From Planctomycetota bacterium (GTDB lineage Bacteria; Planctomycetota; UBA1135; GCA-002686595), in contig JAJFFA010001003.1 in assembly GCA_021776885.1 (NCBI GenBank), positions 1 through 29,692 of the forward strand: DNA of 29,692 bases. Reading direction: 5' to 3'. This document shows positions 15,362-24,656 of this stretch, piece by piece. The translations under genes and the position numbers were made by a program. The stretch's first letter is position 1. Each line of letters begins with the position of its first letter. The notes under the pieces are model-generated. The model did not search any database. It was not told the origin of the DNA and saw only the letters and a list, made by a program, of their open reading frames with translations.

Positions 15362-17332
15362 TCAGGCGCCCGGGCTCGTCACGGGTCGGTCGCGGGACGC
15401 GCGCAGGGCGAGGTGCACCAGAATGGCTCCGACGACCGCGCAGGCCAGGGCCCAGGCGGCAGCATGGGAGCGGTTCAGGAAGAACAGACCGACCCCGAGC
15501 ATCACGCCCCAGACCAGGGCCACTCCTCCGAGGGTGCCGGCCAGGGCCGCGAGGGCCTCGCGCGCCGGCGGTCCCGGCACCCCAGCCAGCCGGCGCACGG
15601 GTCCCCAGGCCCCGAGGGGGCGCACGCGCTCGTAGAACGGAACCAGGGACGCGGGGTCGGGACGCCGGGTGACCCCCATCGAGATCAGAGCCAGGAGCAG
15701 TGAGCCGAGGGCCACCAGCACCAGGCGCGCCTCGGGCGACAGGATCCCGTCGGGGGTCAGGGGCCCGCCAGGCCAGCCCGCGGGGTAGGCGTGGGTCAGG
15801 GCGACGGTCAGGACGCTCGAGGCGATCATGGCCGTGATCTCGGTCGAAGCGCGCACCCGCCACCAGAGCCAGCGCAGGACGTAGACCGGCCCGACCCCGC
15901 CCAGGAAGGCGAGGAAGAACTGGAACACGCCACTGATCGACGTGGCGCTGGCGGCGAAGAGCCCGCCCAGGACCAGCACCACCGCGCTCGAGATGCGCGC
16001 GGCGCGCACGTAGTGCGCCGCATCGCGTCCCGGCGCGAGGAAGCGGCGCCAGACGTCGTTGACGAAGAACGACGAGGCCAGGTTGACGTGGGTGTCGATG
16101 GTCGACATGAACGCGGCCAGGAGTGACGCGACGACCAGGCCCAGGATCCCGACGGGCAGGAAGCGGGCCATCATGACGACGTAGGCGCGCTCGGAGTCGG
16201 TGCGCGCCAGGGGGGTGCCCACGGCGACCCGCTCCTCGGGCGCGACGATGGCCAGGGGACGCCAGTCGGCGGAGGCCTCTTCGAGGGCGATGCGGCGCTC
16301 CTCACCGCCGTCGAGGGTCAGGACCACCTCCTCGCCCGTCACCTCGCGCACGACCCCGGCGGCGGGGGCGGTGACCTCGACCGGGGGCAGGACGATCAGC
16401 GACGCCAGGGCCACCAGGATCCAGGGCCAGGGCCGCAGGGCGTAGTGGGCGATGTTGTACCAGAGGGCAGCGAGCACGCCGTCGCGCTCGCCGCGGGTGG
16501 CGGAGATGCGCTGCACGACGGTCCCGCCCCCGTCCACCGACTCGACCGCCCACCAGGCGACGCCCATGTACACGGCGACGGTGGCGGCGTTGCGGGTCCA
16601 GAAGGCGGCGTCGAAGATCCCGCCGTCGCCCACGGCGGGGAACAGGGCCAGGGTGTCCGGCCGGAAGGCGCTCGACGTGCGCGCCGCCTCGAGGATCGCA
16701 TCGCTGCCGCCCACGGCGCTCCAGGACAGTGCGGCCAGGATCAACGCCCCGACCATGGCCATCGTGAACTGCACCAGGTCGGTCAGCACCACGCCCCAGA
16801 AGCCGGCCAGGAGCGAGTAGGACAGGGACAGGGCGCAGGCCAGGACCAGGGCGGTGCCCTTGTCGACCCCCAGCAGCACGTCCATGATCTTGGCCGCCGC
16901 CAGGAGCACCCAGCAGAGCACCATCGTGTTGGTGATGCCCGCGTGGTACACGCCCAGGAAGCCGCGCAGGACGCGCGCCTGGCGCCCGCCGTAGCGCAGC
17001 TCGGCCAGCTCCGCGGTGGTCATCACCTCGCCCCGGCGCCAGTAGCGCACGAAGACGAACACGGTCAGCATCCCGCCCGCGGCGTAGCACCACCAGAGCC
17101 AGTTCTTCCAGATCCCGAAGTCGCGCACCCAGCCGCTGATCACCAGGGGCGTGTCCGCGGCGAAGGTGGTGGCGACCATCGACGTCCCGGCGATCCACCA
17201 GGGCAGGGAGCGGCCGGCGAGGAAGAACTCGTTCACGTCCTGGCCGGCCCTGCGCGCGTAGCGCACGCCGATGAACACGGCCAGGGCGGCGTACGCGGCG
17301 ACGACGATCCAGTCCAGGGGGGCGAGGTTCAT
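15362..17332 (-). CDS. Sodium:solute symporter family transporter
   Basis: DVNEFFLAGRSLPWWIAGTSMVATTFAADTPL, QRISATRGE, LRPWPWILVAL and LLAAFMSTIDTHVNLASSFFVNDVW; many TM segments; ATG at 17332. Confidence 0.92.
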   Translation of the reverse strand: MNLAPLDWIVVAAYAALAVFIGVRYARRAGQDVNEFFLAGRSLPWWIAGTSMVATTFAADTPLVISGWVRDFGIWKNWLWWCYAAGGMLTVFVFVRYWRRGEVMTTAELAELRYGGRQARVLRGFLGVYHAGITNTMVLCWVLLAAAKIMDVLLGVDKGTALVLACALSLSYSLLAGFWGVVLTDLVQFTMAMVGALILAALSWSAVGGSDAILEAARTSSAFRPDTLALFPAVGDGGIFDAAFWTRNAATVAVYMGVAWWAVESVDGGGTVVQRISATRGERDGVLAALWYNIAHYALRPWPWILVALASLIVLPPVEVTAPAAGVVREVTGEEVVLTLDGGEERRIALEEASADWRPLAIVAPEERVAVGTPLARTDSERAYVVMMARFLPVGILGLVVASLLAAFMSTIDTHVNLASSFFVNDVWRRFLAPGRDAAHYVRAARISSAVVLVLGGLFAASATSISGVFQFFLAFLGGVGPVYVLRWLWWRVRASTEITAMIASSVLTVALTHAYPAGWPGGPLTPDGILSPEARLVLVALGSLLLALISMGVTRRPDPASLVPFYERVRPLGAWGPVRRLAGVPGPPAREALAALAGTLGGVALVWGVMLGVGLFFLNRSHAAAWALACAVVGAILVHLALRASRDRPVTSPGA

Positions 17333-17447
17333 GCGGGGCGCAGGATAGCGCGGGGGCCTCCCGGGGGGTCGTGGCCGGGCCGGGGGCGCTGCGGGCCGCA
17401 AATCCTGAAAGCTTGAAGAAACCGGGCGCAGCGCGTGATCTCGAAGG

Positions 17448-20042
17448 GTGATGGACGAGAGCAGGATCCTCGAGAACCTCGCCTGGCTGCGGCGCGTCGC
17501 GCTGCAGCTGGTCGGCGACCCGCACCTGGCGGAGGACGCGGTCCAGGACACCGTGCTGGTGGCCCTCTCCAAGGGGCCGACCCGTGGCGGCTCTCTGCGC
17601 GGCTGGCTGGCCAGCGTGCTGCGCAACCGGGCGGGCCAGCAGCGCCTCGAGCGCGAGCGCCGGATCGCCCGCGAAGAGCGCGCGCGCCCGCCGGCGGAGT
17701 CGCCCGACCCCGGCACGGTGGTCGAGGAGCTGGCCCTGCACCGCCGGCTGTCCACTCTCGTCGAGGAGCTCGAGGAGCCGTACCGCACGACGCTCCTGCT
17801 GCGCTTCCTGCGCGAGTCCACCCCGAACGAGATCGCCCGCGAGCTCGACGTTCCGCTGCAGACGGTGCACACCCGCATCCGCCGCGGGCTGGAGCGACTG
17901 CGCGAGCGCTTCGAGCGCGAACTCCCCGGCGACAGCGCGGCCTGGGCGGCGCTGCTGGCCCCGGTTCTGCCTCCGCCCCCGCCCGTCCTGGCCGCGCCCG
18001 ACGCCGGGCTCGGCCCCGAGACCCTGGAGATTGCGATGAAGACGAAGCTGGTCGTGGGTGGCGGTCTCGCCGCCGGTGCGTTGCTGGGCTTGCCCTTCCT
18101 CTTGCGAGCCGAGCCCGCGGACGGACCCGAGCCGTTGGCCAGGGACACGCAGCAGGGCGCCCTCGTGCAGCCCCCTACGCAGGGGCTCGAGGAGACCGCC
18201 CTACCCGCGCTCGAGGCTGCGCTGGTGCGCACGGCGTTGGCCCAGGCAGAGGAACAGGCCGCGGCCGCGGAGCCCGCAGCGCCCGTGCCCGTACGCGGTC
18301 TGGTCTGCACCCTCGAGGGAGCACCGGTCGCCGATGTGCGCGTGATCTTCGAGCGCTCGCACAGCTCCGGCTTCCGCCTCGACGCGGACGGCCCGCGTAC
18401 GACCAGCGCGGGGGACGGGACCTTCGAGCTGCCCCTGCCGCCGGCTGCGGGTCGCCTGAGCGTCGACGATCCCTACTGGGCCGCGGTCGTGCGTCCGCAC
18501 CTCACCGGCGCCGCGCCCCTCGAAGCCCTCGCGCTCGTGCTGGTTCCCGCGCGCGAGTGTGCGGGGCGCGTGCTCGACGCGGCGACGGGGGAGCCCATCG
18601 CGGAGGCGCGGGTCGAGGTGACCCTCGATGGCAGCTACCTCCAGGCCCTGGGCAGCGGGGTGCGGGTCGAGCACCTGAAGCTGCCCTTCGCCCACACCCT
18701 GACGGACGCGGACGGTGCATTCCACTTCTCGGACCTGGGCTGCGTCGACCAGGCGCTCGTTGCGGCGGTCGCCTCGGGCTACGACGAGGCCAGCGTGCTC
18801 CTGTCCGAGGTGGCGCCCTTCGAGATCGAGCTGCGCATGGGTACGACCATCCCCGGCCCGCGCGCCGTGCACGGCATCGTCGTCGATGCCCTGGGCGGAC
18901 CGGTGGCCCGCGCACGGGTCGCCGTCGGCTCACGCGAGACGCGCTCGGATGCGAGCGGTCGCTTCGCGGTGGAGTTCGCGCCCTGGAGCGAGGCCGCCGT
19001 GCTGACGGCCCTGGTCCCCGGCCTGGGTGCGACGTCGCGCTTCGTCGAGCTCGGCAGCGCGCCCGGCCAGAGCGCCGACGACCCGCTTCGACTGGAGCTG
19101 CCGGCGGCACCCCACGCGATCCGCGGCCGGGTGCTCGACGCCGCCTCGCAGCCGGTCGCGGATGCCCTGGTCTGGACGCCGGACACGTCGCACTTCGGTG
19201 ACGCGACCTTCCTGCGCGCCGAGGGTGCGCTGACCGGGCCCTCGACGGTGGAGGCCCTGCTGCGCGGTGAGGCGGGGCCGATGTTCCTCTCGGCCGCGAC
19301 CCGTACGGACGCGAGCGGCGCCTTCGAGCTGCTGGGCCTGCAGCGGCGTGAGTACGCGGTCTTCGCCATGCACCCGCGCAGCCTCGCCGCCGCGGGGCCG
19401 CAGGTGGCGTTGCCCGACGCCGGCGCCCTGCTCCTGACCCTCGCGCCCGCGCCGGGCGAGCGCGTCGCCGGCCGCGTGGTCTCGCGCAAGGGCCTGCCCC
19501 TGGCGGGGGTTCAGGTCGTCCCGGGTCGCAGCCTCGACTGGGAGCACCCACGGCGCGATCCCGATCCCTGGGCCTCGAGCCCCCTGCGGCCCCCCGGCGC
19601 GTCCTGGACCTTCGAGGAGTCGAGCGTGTACACGGATGCCGAGGGACGCTTCGAGCTCGAGGGGGTCGAGCGTGCCGGGATGTCCCTCTCGTTCCGCGGC
19701 GAGATGCTCTTCCTGGGCCCGTCGCTGCGCGTCGACCGCGAGGACGACCCGCTCGCCCTGCAGGCCGAGGTCGACGCGCGCTCGACCTTCCGCGTCGTGC
19801 TGAGCGACGCGCAGAGCGCCGACACGTTCAAGCTCGGCGACGAGGAGTCCTTCGTGCCGCTCTTCGTGCGTGCCGGCAGCTCGATCATCTCCGCCGGCGG
19901 CGTCGACCTGATCGGCGGCCGCTCGGGCCTGGCCTTCACGCGCGAAGGCGAGCACACGATCGTGTTCAGCCTGGAGGGCGTCGAGGTACGCCGCGAGCGC
20001 GTGCTCTTCCCCGCGGGGGGGCCGCACCAGATCGAGCTCTGA
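17448..20042 (+). CDS. ECF sigma-70 factor fused via Pro-linker and TM helix to five carboxypeptidase-regulatory-like repeats
   Basis: Region 2: WLRRVALQLVGDPHLAEDAVQDT...LRGWLASVLRN. Region 4: LEEPYRTTLLLRF...NEIARELDVPLQTVHTRIRRGLERLR. Then PPPPP, a TM helix and repeated G.V.d..g.Pva.a.V / TD..G.F.L motifs. Confidence 0.9.
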   Translation: MMDESRILENLAWLRRVALQLVGDPHLAEDAVQDTVLVALSKGPTRGGSLRGWLASVLRNRAGQQRLERERRIAREERARPPAESPDPGTVVEELALHRRLSTLVEELEEPYRTTLLLRFLRESTPNEIARELDVPLQTVHTRIRRGLERLRERFERELPGDSAAWAALLAPVLPPPPPVLAAPDAGLGPETLEIAMKTKLVVGGGLAAGALLGLPFLLRAEPADGPEPLARDTQQGALVQPPTQGLEETALPALEAALVRTALAQAEEQAAAAEPAAPVPVRGLVCTLEGAPVADVRVIFERSHSSGFRLDADGPRTTSAGDGTFELPLPPAAGRLSVDDPYWAAVVRPHLTGAAPLEALALVLVPARECAGRVLDAATGEPIAEARVEVTLDGSYLQALGSGVRVEHLKLPFAHTLTDADGAFHFSDLGCVDQALVAAVASGYDEASVLLSEVAPFEIELRMGTTIPGPRAVHGIVVDALGGPVARARVAVGSRETRSDASGRFAVEFAPWSEAAVLTALVPGLGATSRFVELGSAPGQSADDPLRLELPAAPHAIRGRVLDAASQPVADALVWTPDTSHFGDATFLRAEGALTGPSTVEALLRGEAGPMFLSAATRTDASGAFELLGLQRREYAVFAMHPRSLAAAGPQVALPDAGALLLTLAPAPGERVAGRVVSRKGLPLAGVQVVPGRSLDWEHPRRDPDPWASSPLRPPGASWTFEESSVYTDAEGRFELEGVERAGMSLSFRGEMLFLGPSLRVDREDDPLALQAEVDARSTFRVVLSDAQSADTFKLGDEESFVPLFVRAGSSIISAGGVDLIGGRSGLAFTREGEHTIVFSLEGVEVRRERVLFPAGGPHQIEL

Positions 20043-20087
20043 GCCGGCCCGGGTTCGGCAGCCGATCACCACCCGTGACGCAGACTC

Positions 20088-20849
20088 CTACGCCGGGTGC
20101 GGTTCGCCCGCCGGGCTGTGGCTCGCATCCGCCACGCGCAGGGGCACCGTGTCCGAGAACCCGCTCAGGCCGTCGGCCTCGGTGTGCAGGGCCAGGAGCC
20201 GCGACTCGAGCTCGGCGCGCAGCACCTCGGCCTGGGCCGCGTCCATCGTGCTCGGCACGGGGATCGGCTCGCCGTAGGCGACGTAGACCTTGGCGAAGGG
20301 CAGGGGCAGGACCGTGCGGTCCCAGGACCAGCGCCAGACGAAGCTCCAGCGCGCCGAGGCCGCCACGGGCACCAGGGCGCCGCCGGTCTTCTGGGCCAGG
20401 GTCAGGATGCCGGGCTGGGCCACGCCGCGCGGGCCGCGCGAGCCGTCGACCGCGAGGCAGGTCGAGTAGCCCTCCTTCTTCACGGCCCGGATGATCGCCA
20501 CCAGCGCCTTCGCGCCGCCGCCACCCGAGGAGCCGCGCACGACCCGATAGCCGAGGCCCTCCTCGATCTGCGCCATGGCGTCGCCGTCGCGGCTCTGCGA
20601 GCACATCAGGACCCAGTTGCCCTGGTCGGCCTGGCTGTAGTGGTGCAGCAGCGAGAAGGTGCGCGTGTGCAGGAAGGCGCCGATCAAGGGGCGGCCGGCA
20701 GCGCGTTCGCGCTCGACGATGTCGCCGTGGACCTCGACGTAGCGCCAGGTCGCGCCGAGGGCGCGGTACACGCAGAGCCCGAGCGGGGCGACCACGCGCC
20801 GCATCAGCCAGGCGCGCTTCCGCTTGTGCGGCTTGGGCTCGCTACTCAC
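20088..20849 (-). CDS. DUF374 / lysophospholipid acyltransferase-like protein
   Basis: MCSQSRDGDAMAQ, VVRGSSGGGG, LAVDGSRGPRG and WDRTVLPLPFAKV motifs. GTG start overlaps the HMGR-like stop by 8 nt. Confidence 0.85.
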   Translation of the reverse strand: MSSEPKPHKRKRAWLMRRVVAPLGLCVYRALGATWRYVEVHGDIVERERAAGRPLIGAFLHTRTFSLLHHYSQADQGNWVLMCSQSRDGDAMAQIEEGLGYRVVRGSSGGGGAKALVAIIRAVKKEGYSTCLAVDGSRGPRGVAQPGILTLAQKTGGALVPVAASARWSFVWRWSWDRTVLPLPFAKVYVAYGEPIPVPSTMDAAQAEVLRAELESRLLALHTEADGLSGFSDTVPLRVADASHSPAGEPHPA

Positions 20850-22053
20850 CGCTGCGGCGCCCCAGGGCGGCGTGGGCCGCGGCGAACGAGCCTCCGGCCA
20901 TGGCTCCGAACAGTCCGATCTCGCCGCACAGGGCGACGCCGGCGAAGATCTCGGCCAGCTTGACGGCGGTGCCCTCACCCGTGCAGCCGAGCATGGAGAG
21001 GCACTCGCGCGGGCCGGGCAGGCGCGTGCCGCCGCCCACCGTGCCGACGATCAGGTTGGGCAGGGTGACGGTGACCTCGAGGTCGCCGCACTCCAGAAGA
21101 CGCGCGCGCGTGATCCCGGCGGCGGCCTCGGCGACGCAGGCGACGTCCTGTCCACAGGCGATGAAGAGGCCGGCCAGGGCGTTCGCCACGTTGGTCTGCG
21201 AGCCGACCGCGCCGCTGGCGAGGGAGCCCGAGAGGGTGTGCTCGAAGCCGCTGGCGATCCAGGCCGCCGGGGTGCGGAAGTAGCGCTGCACCAGGCGGTC
21301 GGGGATCTGCGCTCGGGCGGTGACGCGTCGCCCGCGCACGCCGGCCAGGGCCATGTGGGTGGCCTTCTTGTCGCCGGAGTGGTTGGCTTCGAGCAACCAG
21401 GCCGTCGGCGCGATGGGCGCCTCGTCGAGCACCCGCGTGCACACCGACTGGGTGGCCAGGGTGACCATGTTCTGTCCGGCCGCGTCGCCGGTGGCGAAGT
21501 CCAGGCGCACGAAGACCGTGGTGCCGATCACCGACGTCCCGATGCCCTTCAGCCGGCAGTAGCGCGAGCCCCCGGCGACCACCTCGGCGAAGTCCGCCTC
21601 GCGCGTGGGCAGCCACTCGGCGAAGCGCCGCGCGTCGGCCAGGGTGTCGAAGGCGAAGCAGGGGCTGCGCCCCACACCCTGGGCCGTGATGCACAGCTCG
21701 ATGCCACCGCAGCGCCCGAGCAGGTTGGCGACGTGCTGGTACGAGGCGACCAGCGAGCCCTCCGTGGTGGCCACGGGCACGATGAAATCGCCCTTGGCGT
21801 GGTCTCCGTTCAGCCTGAGCGGCCCGAAGACGCCCACGGGCACCTGGGCGAAGCCGATGAAGCCCTCGATGCTCCCGCCGAGCTCCTCGGGCGGGATGCT
21901 GGGCCCCTGGCCGGCGAGCTGATCGGTGTTGTGACCGGCCCGCGAGAGCACCTCGCGTCGCTCGGCGGCGGCCTCGGCGGAGGAGTCCGTTGCGGAGGGC
22001 AGCCGCAGGTTACCGGGCTCGGAGCGGGACTTGCTGGAACGGGCGGACGACAT
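20842..22053 (-). CDS. Hydroxymethylglutaryl-CoA reductase (class I-like) or homologous acyl-CoA reductase
   Basis: VPVATTEGSLVAS (Glu), TGDAAGQNMVT, SGDKK (Lys), GQDVA (Asp), GTVGGGT and C-terminal AAAHAALGR (His). Start placed at ATG 22053. Confidence 0.88.
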   Translation of the reverse strand: MSSARSSKSRSEPGNLRLPSATDSSAEAAAERREVLSRAGHNTDQLAGQGPSIPPEELGGSIEGFIGFAQVPVGVFGPLRLNGDHAKGDFIVPVATTEGSLVASYQHVANLLGRCGGIELCITAQGVGRSPCFAFDTLADARRFAEWLPTREADFAEVVAGGSRYCRLKGIGTSVIGTTVFVRLDFATGDAAGQNMVTLATQSVCTRVLDEAPIAPTAWLLEANHSGDKKATHMALAGVRGRRVTARAQIPDRLVQRYFRTPAAWIASGFEHTLSGSLASGAVGSQTNVANALAGLFIACGQDVACVAEAAAGITRARLLECGDLEVTVTLPNLIVGTVGGGTRLPGPRECLSMLGCTGEGTAVKLAEIFAGVALCGEIGLFGAMAGGSFAAAHAALGRRSGE

Positions 22054-22185
22054 GGGGGGCTGAGGCACCGCTGGAGGAGACGAATGCGGTGGGCCAAGAA
22101 GCCTATCCAAGCCTCCGCCGCAAGGGGAGCGCCTATTCCAATAGCAGGCGGATCCCGGGGCCACGGGGCGGCAATGGACGCCGCC

Positions 22186-23802
22186 TCAGGGGGTGGCGGC
22201 CTTGGTCAGGCGCACGTCTTCCCACTGCTTGCGCTCGGCGGGCGCCAGTTCGTGGTCGCGCAGGTCCTCCGGCTGCCAGGTCTCGAACAGGGCGGCGTGG
22301 GCCGCGTAGTCGGCGGAGCGGTAGCGCTCGAGGAACTCCGCGAAGTGGCCGGAGTCGAGGTAGTAGAGCAGCTGGGCCATGTCGCTCTTGCCGACCTCGC
22401 GCCCGGCGCGCATGGCGCGCTGGTAGAAGCTGCGGCCGCCCGGGGAGATCAGGCGGCTCCTGGCGATGCGCCAGCGGATGAAGAGGCGCTCGGCCAGGGA
22501 GGAGCCCTTGCGCTCCGGGCGGCGCCAGGCGCGGGTCAGGTTGGCCAGGGCCTTGTCCGAGCGGTAGCACTCGTCGTACAGCCAGGCGTAGCCGTCCATC
22601 AGCTGCTCGCGCGTCATGTGCGTCGGCTCGTAGACGACGTGGCGCGTGTCGAAGCGGCTCCAGTCCAGGGTGTCCAGGCGCCCGGCCTGATGGAACTCGT
22701 CGTGCAGCTTGGTGCCCGGCATCGGGGCCAGGATCGAGAAGAAGGGGTACAGGATCCCGTTCTCGAAGACGAAGTCGCGGGTGTCCTTGAAGACCGAGAG
22801 GGTGTCCGTGTCGAAGCCCACGATGAAGTTGCCGACGATCGTGATGCCGCGCTGCTGGATGCGCTCGGTCGCCTCCTGATAGCTGAGGCAGAAGTTGATG
22901 CCCTTGTCCATCGCCTTCAGGGTCGTCTGGCTGACGGACTCGAAGCCGATGATCAGCGTCGTGCAGCCGGCGTCGCGGAAGAGGTCCAGGAGCTCTTCGT
23001 CCGTGGCCACGTTCAGGGTCGTCTCCGCGGACCAGTCCGCCAGCTCGCCCGCGCGGCGCAGCTCGGCCAGGGCCGTCAGGAGCTCCTTGGTGTAGCGCGT
23101 GCGGCTGATGAAGTTGTCGTCCACCATGTAGAGCGCCTTCATGCGCTCACGCAGACCGTTCGCCTTGGGCATCGAGCGGATCTCGGCCAGCACGCGCTCT
23201 ACCGGCTTGAAGCGGAACGACTGGCCGGAGATGTCGGGCACGCTGCAGAAGCGGCACTTGAACGGACAGCCGCGCGTGGTCTGGAGCTGGTGGAAGAGGA
23301 ACTGCGCCGGGTCCAGGTTCGCGTAGCGCGGCGGCGGGATCGCGTCCATCTCCGGGAAGCCCGTGGCGTCGAAGCGGCGCGCTGCGCGGCCCGCGGCGAA
23401 GGCCTCGAGGAAGGCGGGCCAGGCCTCCTCGGCCTCCCCCGTGACGATGTGGTCGACGTGCTCGAGGGCCTCCTCCGGGCGCAGGGAGGCGTGGATGCCC
23501 CCCAGCACGACGGTGCGGCCCTTGGCGCGGAAGCGCTCGGCGACGGCGTAGGCCTGCTTGGAGCAGGAGGTCTTGGCCGAGAGGGCGACCAGGTCCGCCG
23601 GCTCGTCGTAGTCGATCGGAGCCAGGTACTCGTCCTGCATCGAGACCTCGTACTGCTCCGGCGTGCAGGCGGCGACGGTCAAGAGACCGAGGTCGAGCAG
23701 CGAGCGCTCGAAGCCCAGGACCTCGTTCATGAGGTCCATCTCGTACAGCTCGCGCTCGCTGGGGTCGGCGTTCTTCCGGGTGGAGACGAACAGGATCTTC
23801 AT
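22186..23802 (-). CDS. Cobalamin-binding radical SAM enzyme
   Basis: B12-binding region (DLVALSAKT...VVLGGIHASL...TGEAEE) and QTTRGCPFKCRFC CxxxCxxC; VDDNF, IIGFES and GNFIVGFDTD. Confidence 0.92.
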   Translation of the reverse strand: MKILFVSTRKNADPSERELYEMDLMNEVLGFERSLLDLGLLTVAACTPEQYEVSMQDEYLAPIDYDEPADLVALSAKTSCSKQAYAVAERFRAKGRTVVLGGIHASLRPEEALEHVDHIVTGEAEEAWPAFLEAFAAGRAARRFDATGFPEMDAIPPPRYANLDPAQFLFHQLQTTRGCPFKCRFCSVPDISGQSFRFKPVERVLAEIRSMPKANGLRERMKALYMVDDNFISRTRYTKELLTALAELRRAGELADWSAETTLNVATDEELLDLFRDAGCTTLIIGFESVSQTTLKAMDKGINFCLSYQEATERIQQRGITIVGNFIVGFDTDTLSVFKDTRDFVFENGILYPFFSILAPMPGTKLHDEFHQAGRLDTLDWSRFDTRHVVYEPTHMTREQLMDGYAWLYDECYRSDKALANLTRAWRRPERKGSSLAERLFIRWRIARSRLISPGGRSFYQRAMRAGREVGKSDMAQLLYYLDSGHFAEFLERYRSADYAAHAALFETWQPEDLRDHELAPAERKQWEDVRLTKAATP

Positions 23803-24656
23803 CGCGGGGCTCCGAGGCGGAAGTCTTGGACGGTGGCGTTGAGGGCGCGGCGGTCACCGGGACTGGCGACGGACTGGGCGCTCGCGCGCACGGCGCCGCC
23901 CACGTGCAGTCCGGCGCGGGCGGCGTCCATGCTGACGGGCTGGCGCCAGGCGACGATCTCGCGCTCGACCCCGGTCCAGAAGCGGTAGCGCGCTTCGAGC
24001 GAGAGGCGCGCCCCGCGGCGCACCTGTTCGCGGCCCTCGTCGCTGGTGACGAGGAGGCTCAGGACCTCCGTCATCCAGGCCCCGTGGTCGATGTCCTGCT
24101 CGGTGTGCAGGTCGAAGTAGAGCCGCTCCTCGGCGCTGAAGCCGGCGCGGATCAGGCCCGGGATGATGTGCGCGAACATCTTCGGGATGGCCCACTCGTG
24201 CCCCGGGCCGAGGGCGCCCAGGCCGACCAGGAAGGGCTCCTGGCTGGTGATGCGCAGGTGCTCGCGTACGAAGGCCCAGACCTCGGGGCAGAGCGGCGTG
24301 GCGTCCATCTCCGCCTCGTGGGCCCCCGCGGCGGCGAGGAAGCGGCGGTACAGGGTCTCGTGGTCGTCGCCGTCCGAGCCCTCGCCGTACTCGGCCACCA
24401 GCACCTTCGCCAGCCAGAGCTTCTCGGTCGAGGAGGGGGCGCGCAGCAGCAGCAGCTCCATGTAGCGCGTGAAGAAGCCGACCAGGGCCACGTGCTGCAG
24501 CCCGAAGACGCGGTAGTCGCGGCGTGTGTAGGGGCCGGTCGCGAGGCGCGAGAGCAAGAGGTGGTTGACCCCGGGGTGCGTCTGCACCTCGCGCTCGAGC
24601 CGGTCGAGCCAGGTCTCCTTGCGCTGCGGCGGCGCCTGGGGAGTGAGGATCGTCAT
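23799..24656 (-). CDS. Heme-oxygenase-like diiron enzyme (iron-containing redox enzyme; CADD/PqqC/TenA fold)
   Basis: Ligand-like motifs EYGEGSDGDDH, GPGHEWAIP and YFDLHTEQDIDH. ATGA overlaps with both neighbours. Confidence 0.82.
   Translation of the reverse strand: MTILTPQAPPQRKETWLDRLEREVQTHPGVNHLLLSRLATGPYTRRDYRVFGLQHVALVGFFTRYMELLLLRAPSSTEKLWLAKVLVAEYGEGSDGDDHETLYRRFLAAAGAHEAEMDATPLCPEVWAFVREHLRITSQEPFLVGLGALGPGHEWAIPKMFAHIIPGLIRAGFSAEERLYFDLHTEQDIDHGAWMTEVLSLLVTSDEGREQVRRGARLSLEARYRFWTGVEREIVAWRQPVSMDAARAGLHVGGAVRASAQSVASPGDRRALNATVQDFRLGAPR

Noticed and set aside
15362-18310. 982-aa SSS ORF
   Set aside because: The N-terminal 326 aa are antisense to the sigma gene; transporter similarity begins at ATG 17332.
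20824-23988. 1054-aa plus-strand ORF
   Set aside because: Antisense shadow of the HMGR-like and rSAM genes; no motifs.
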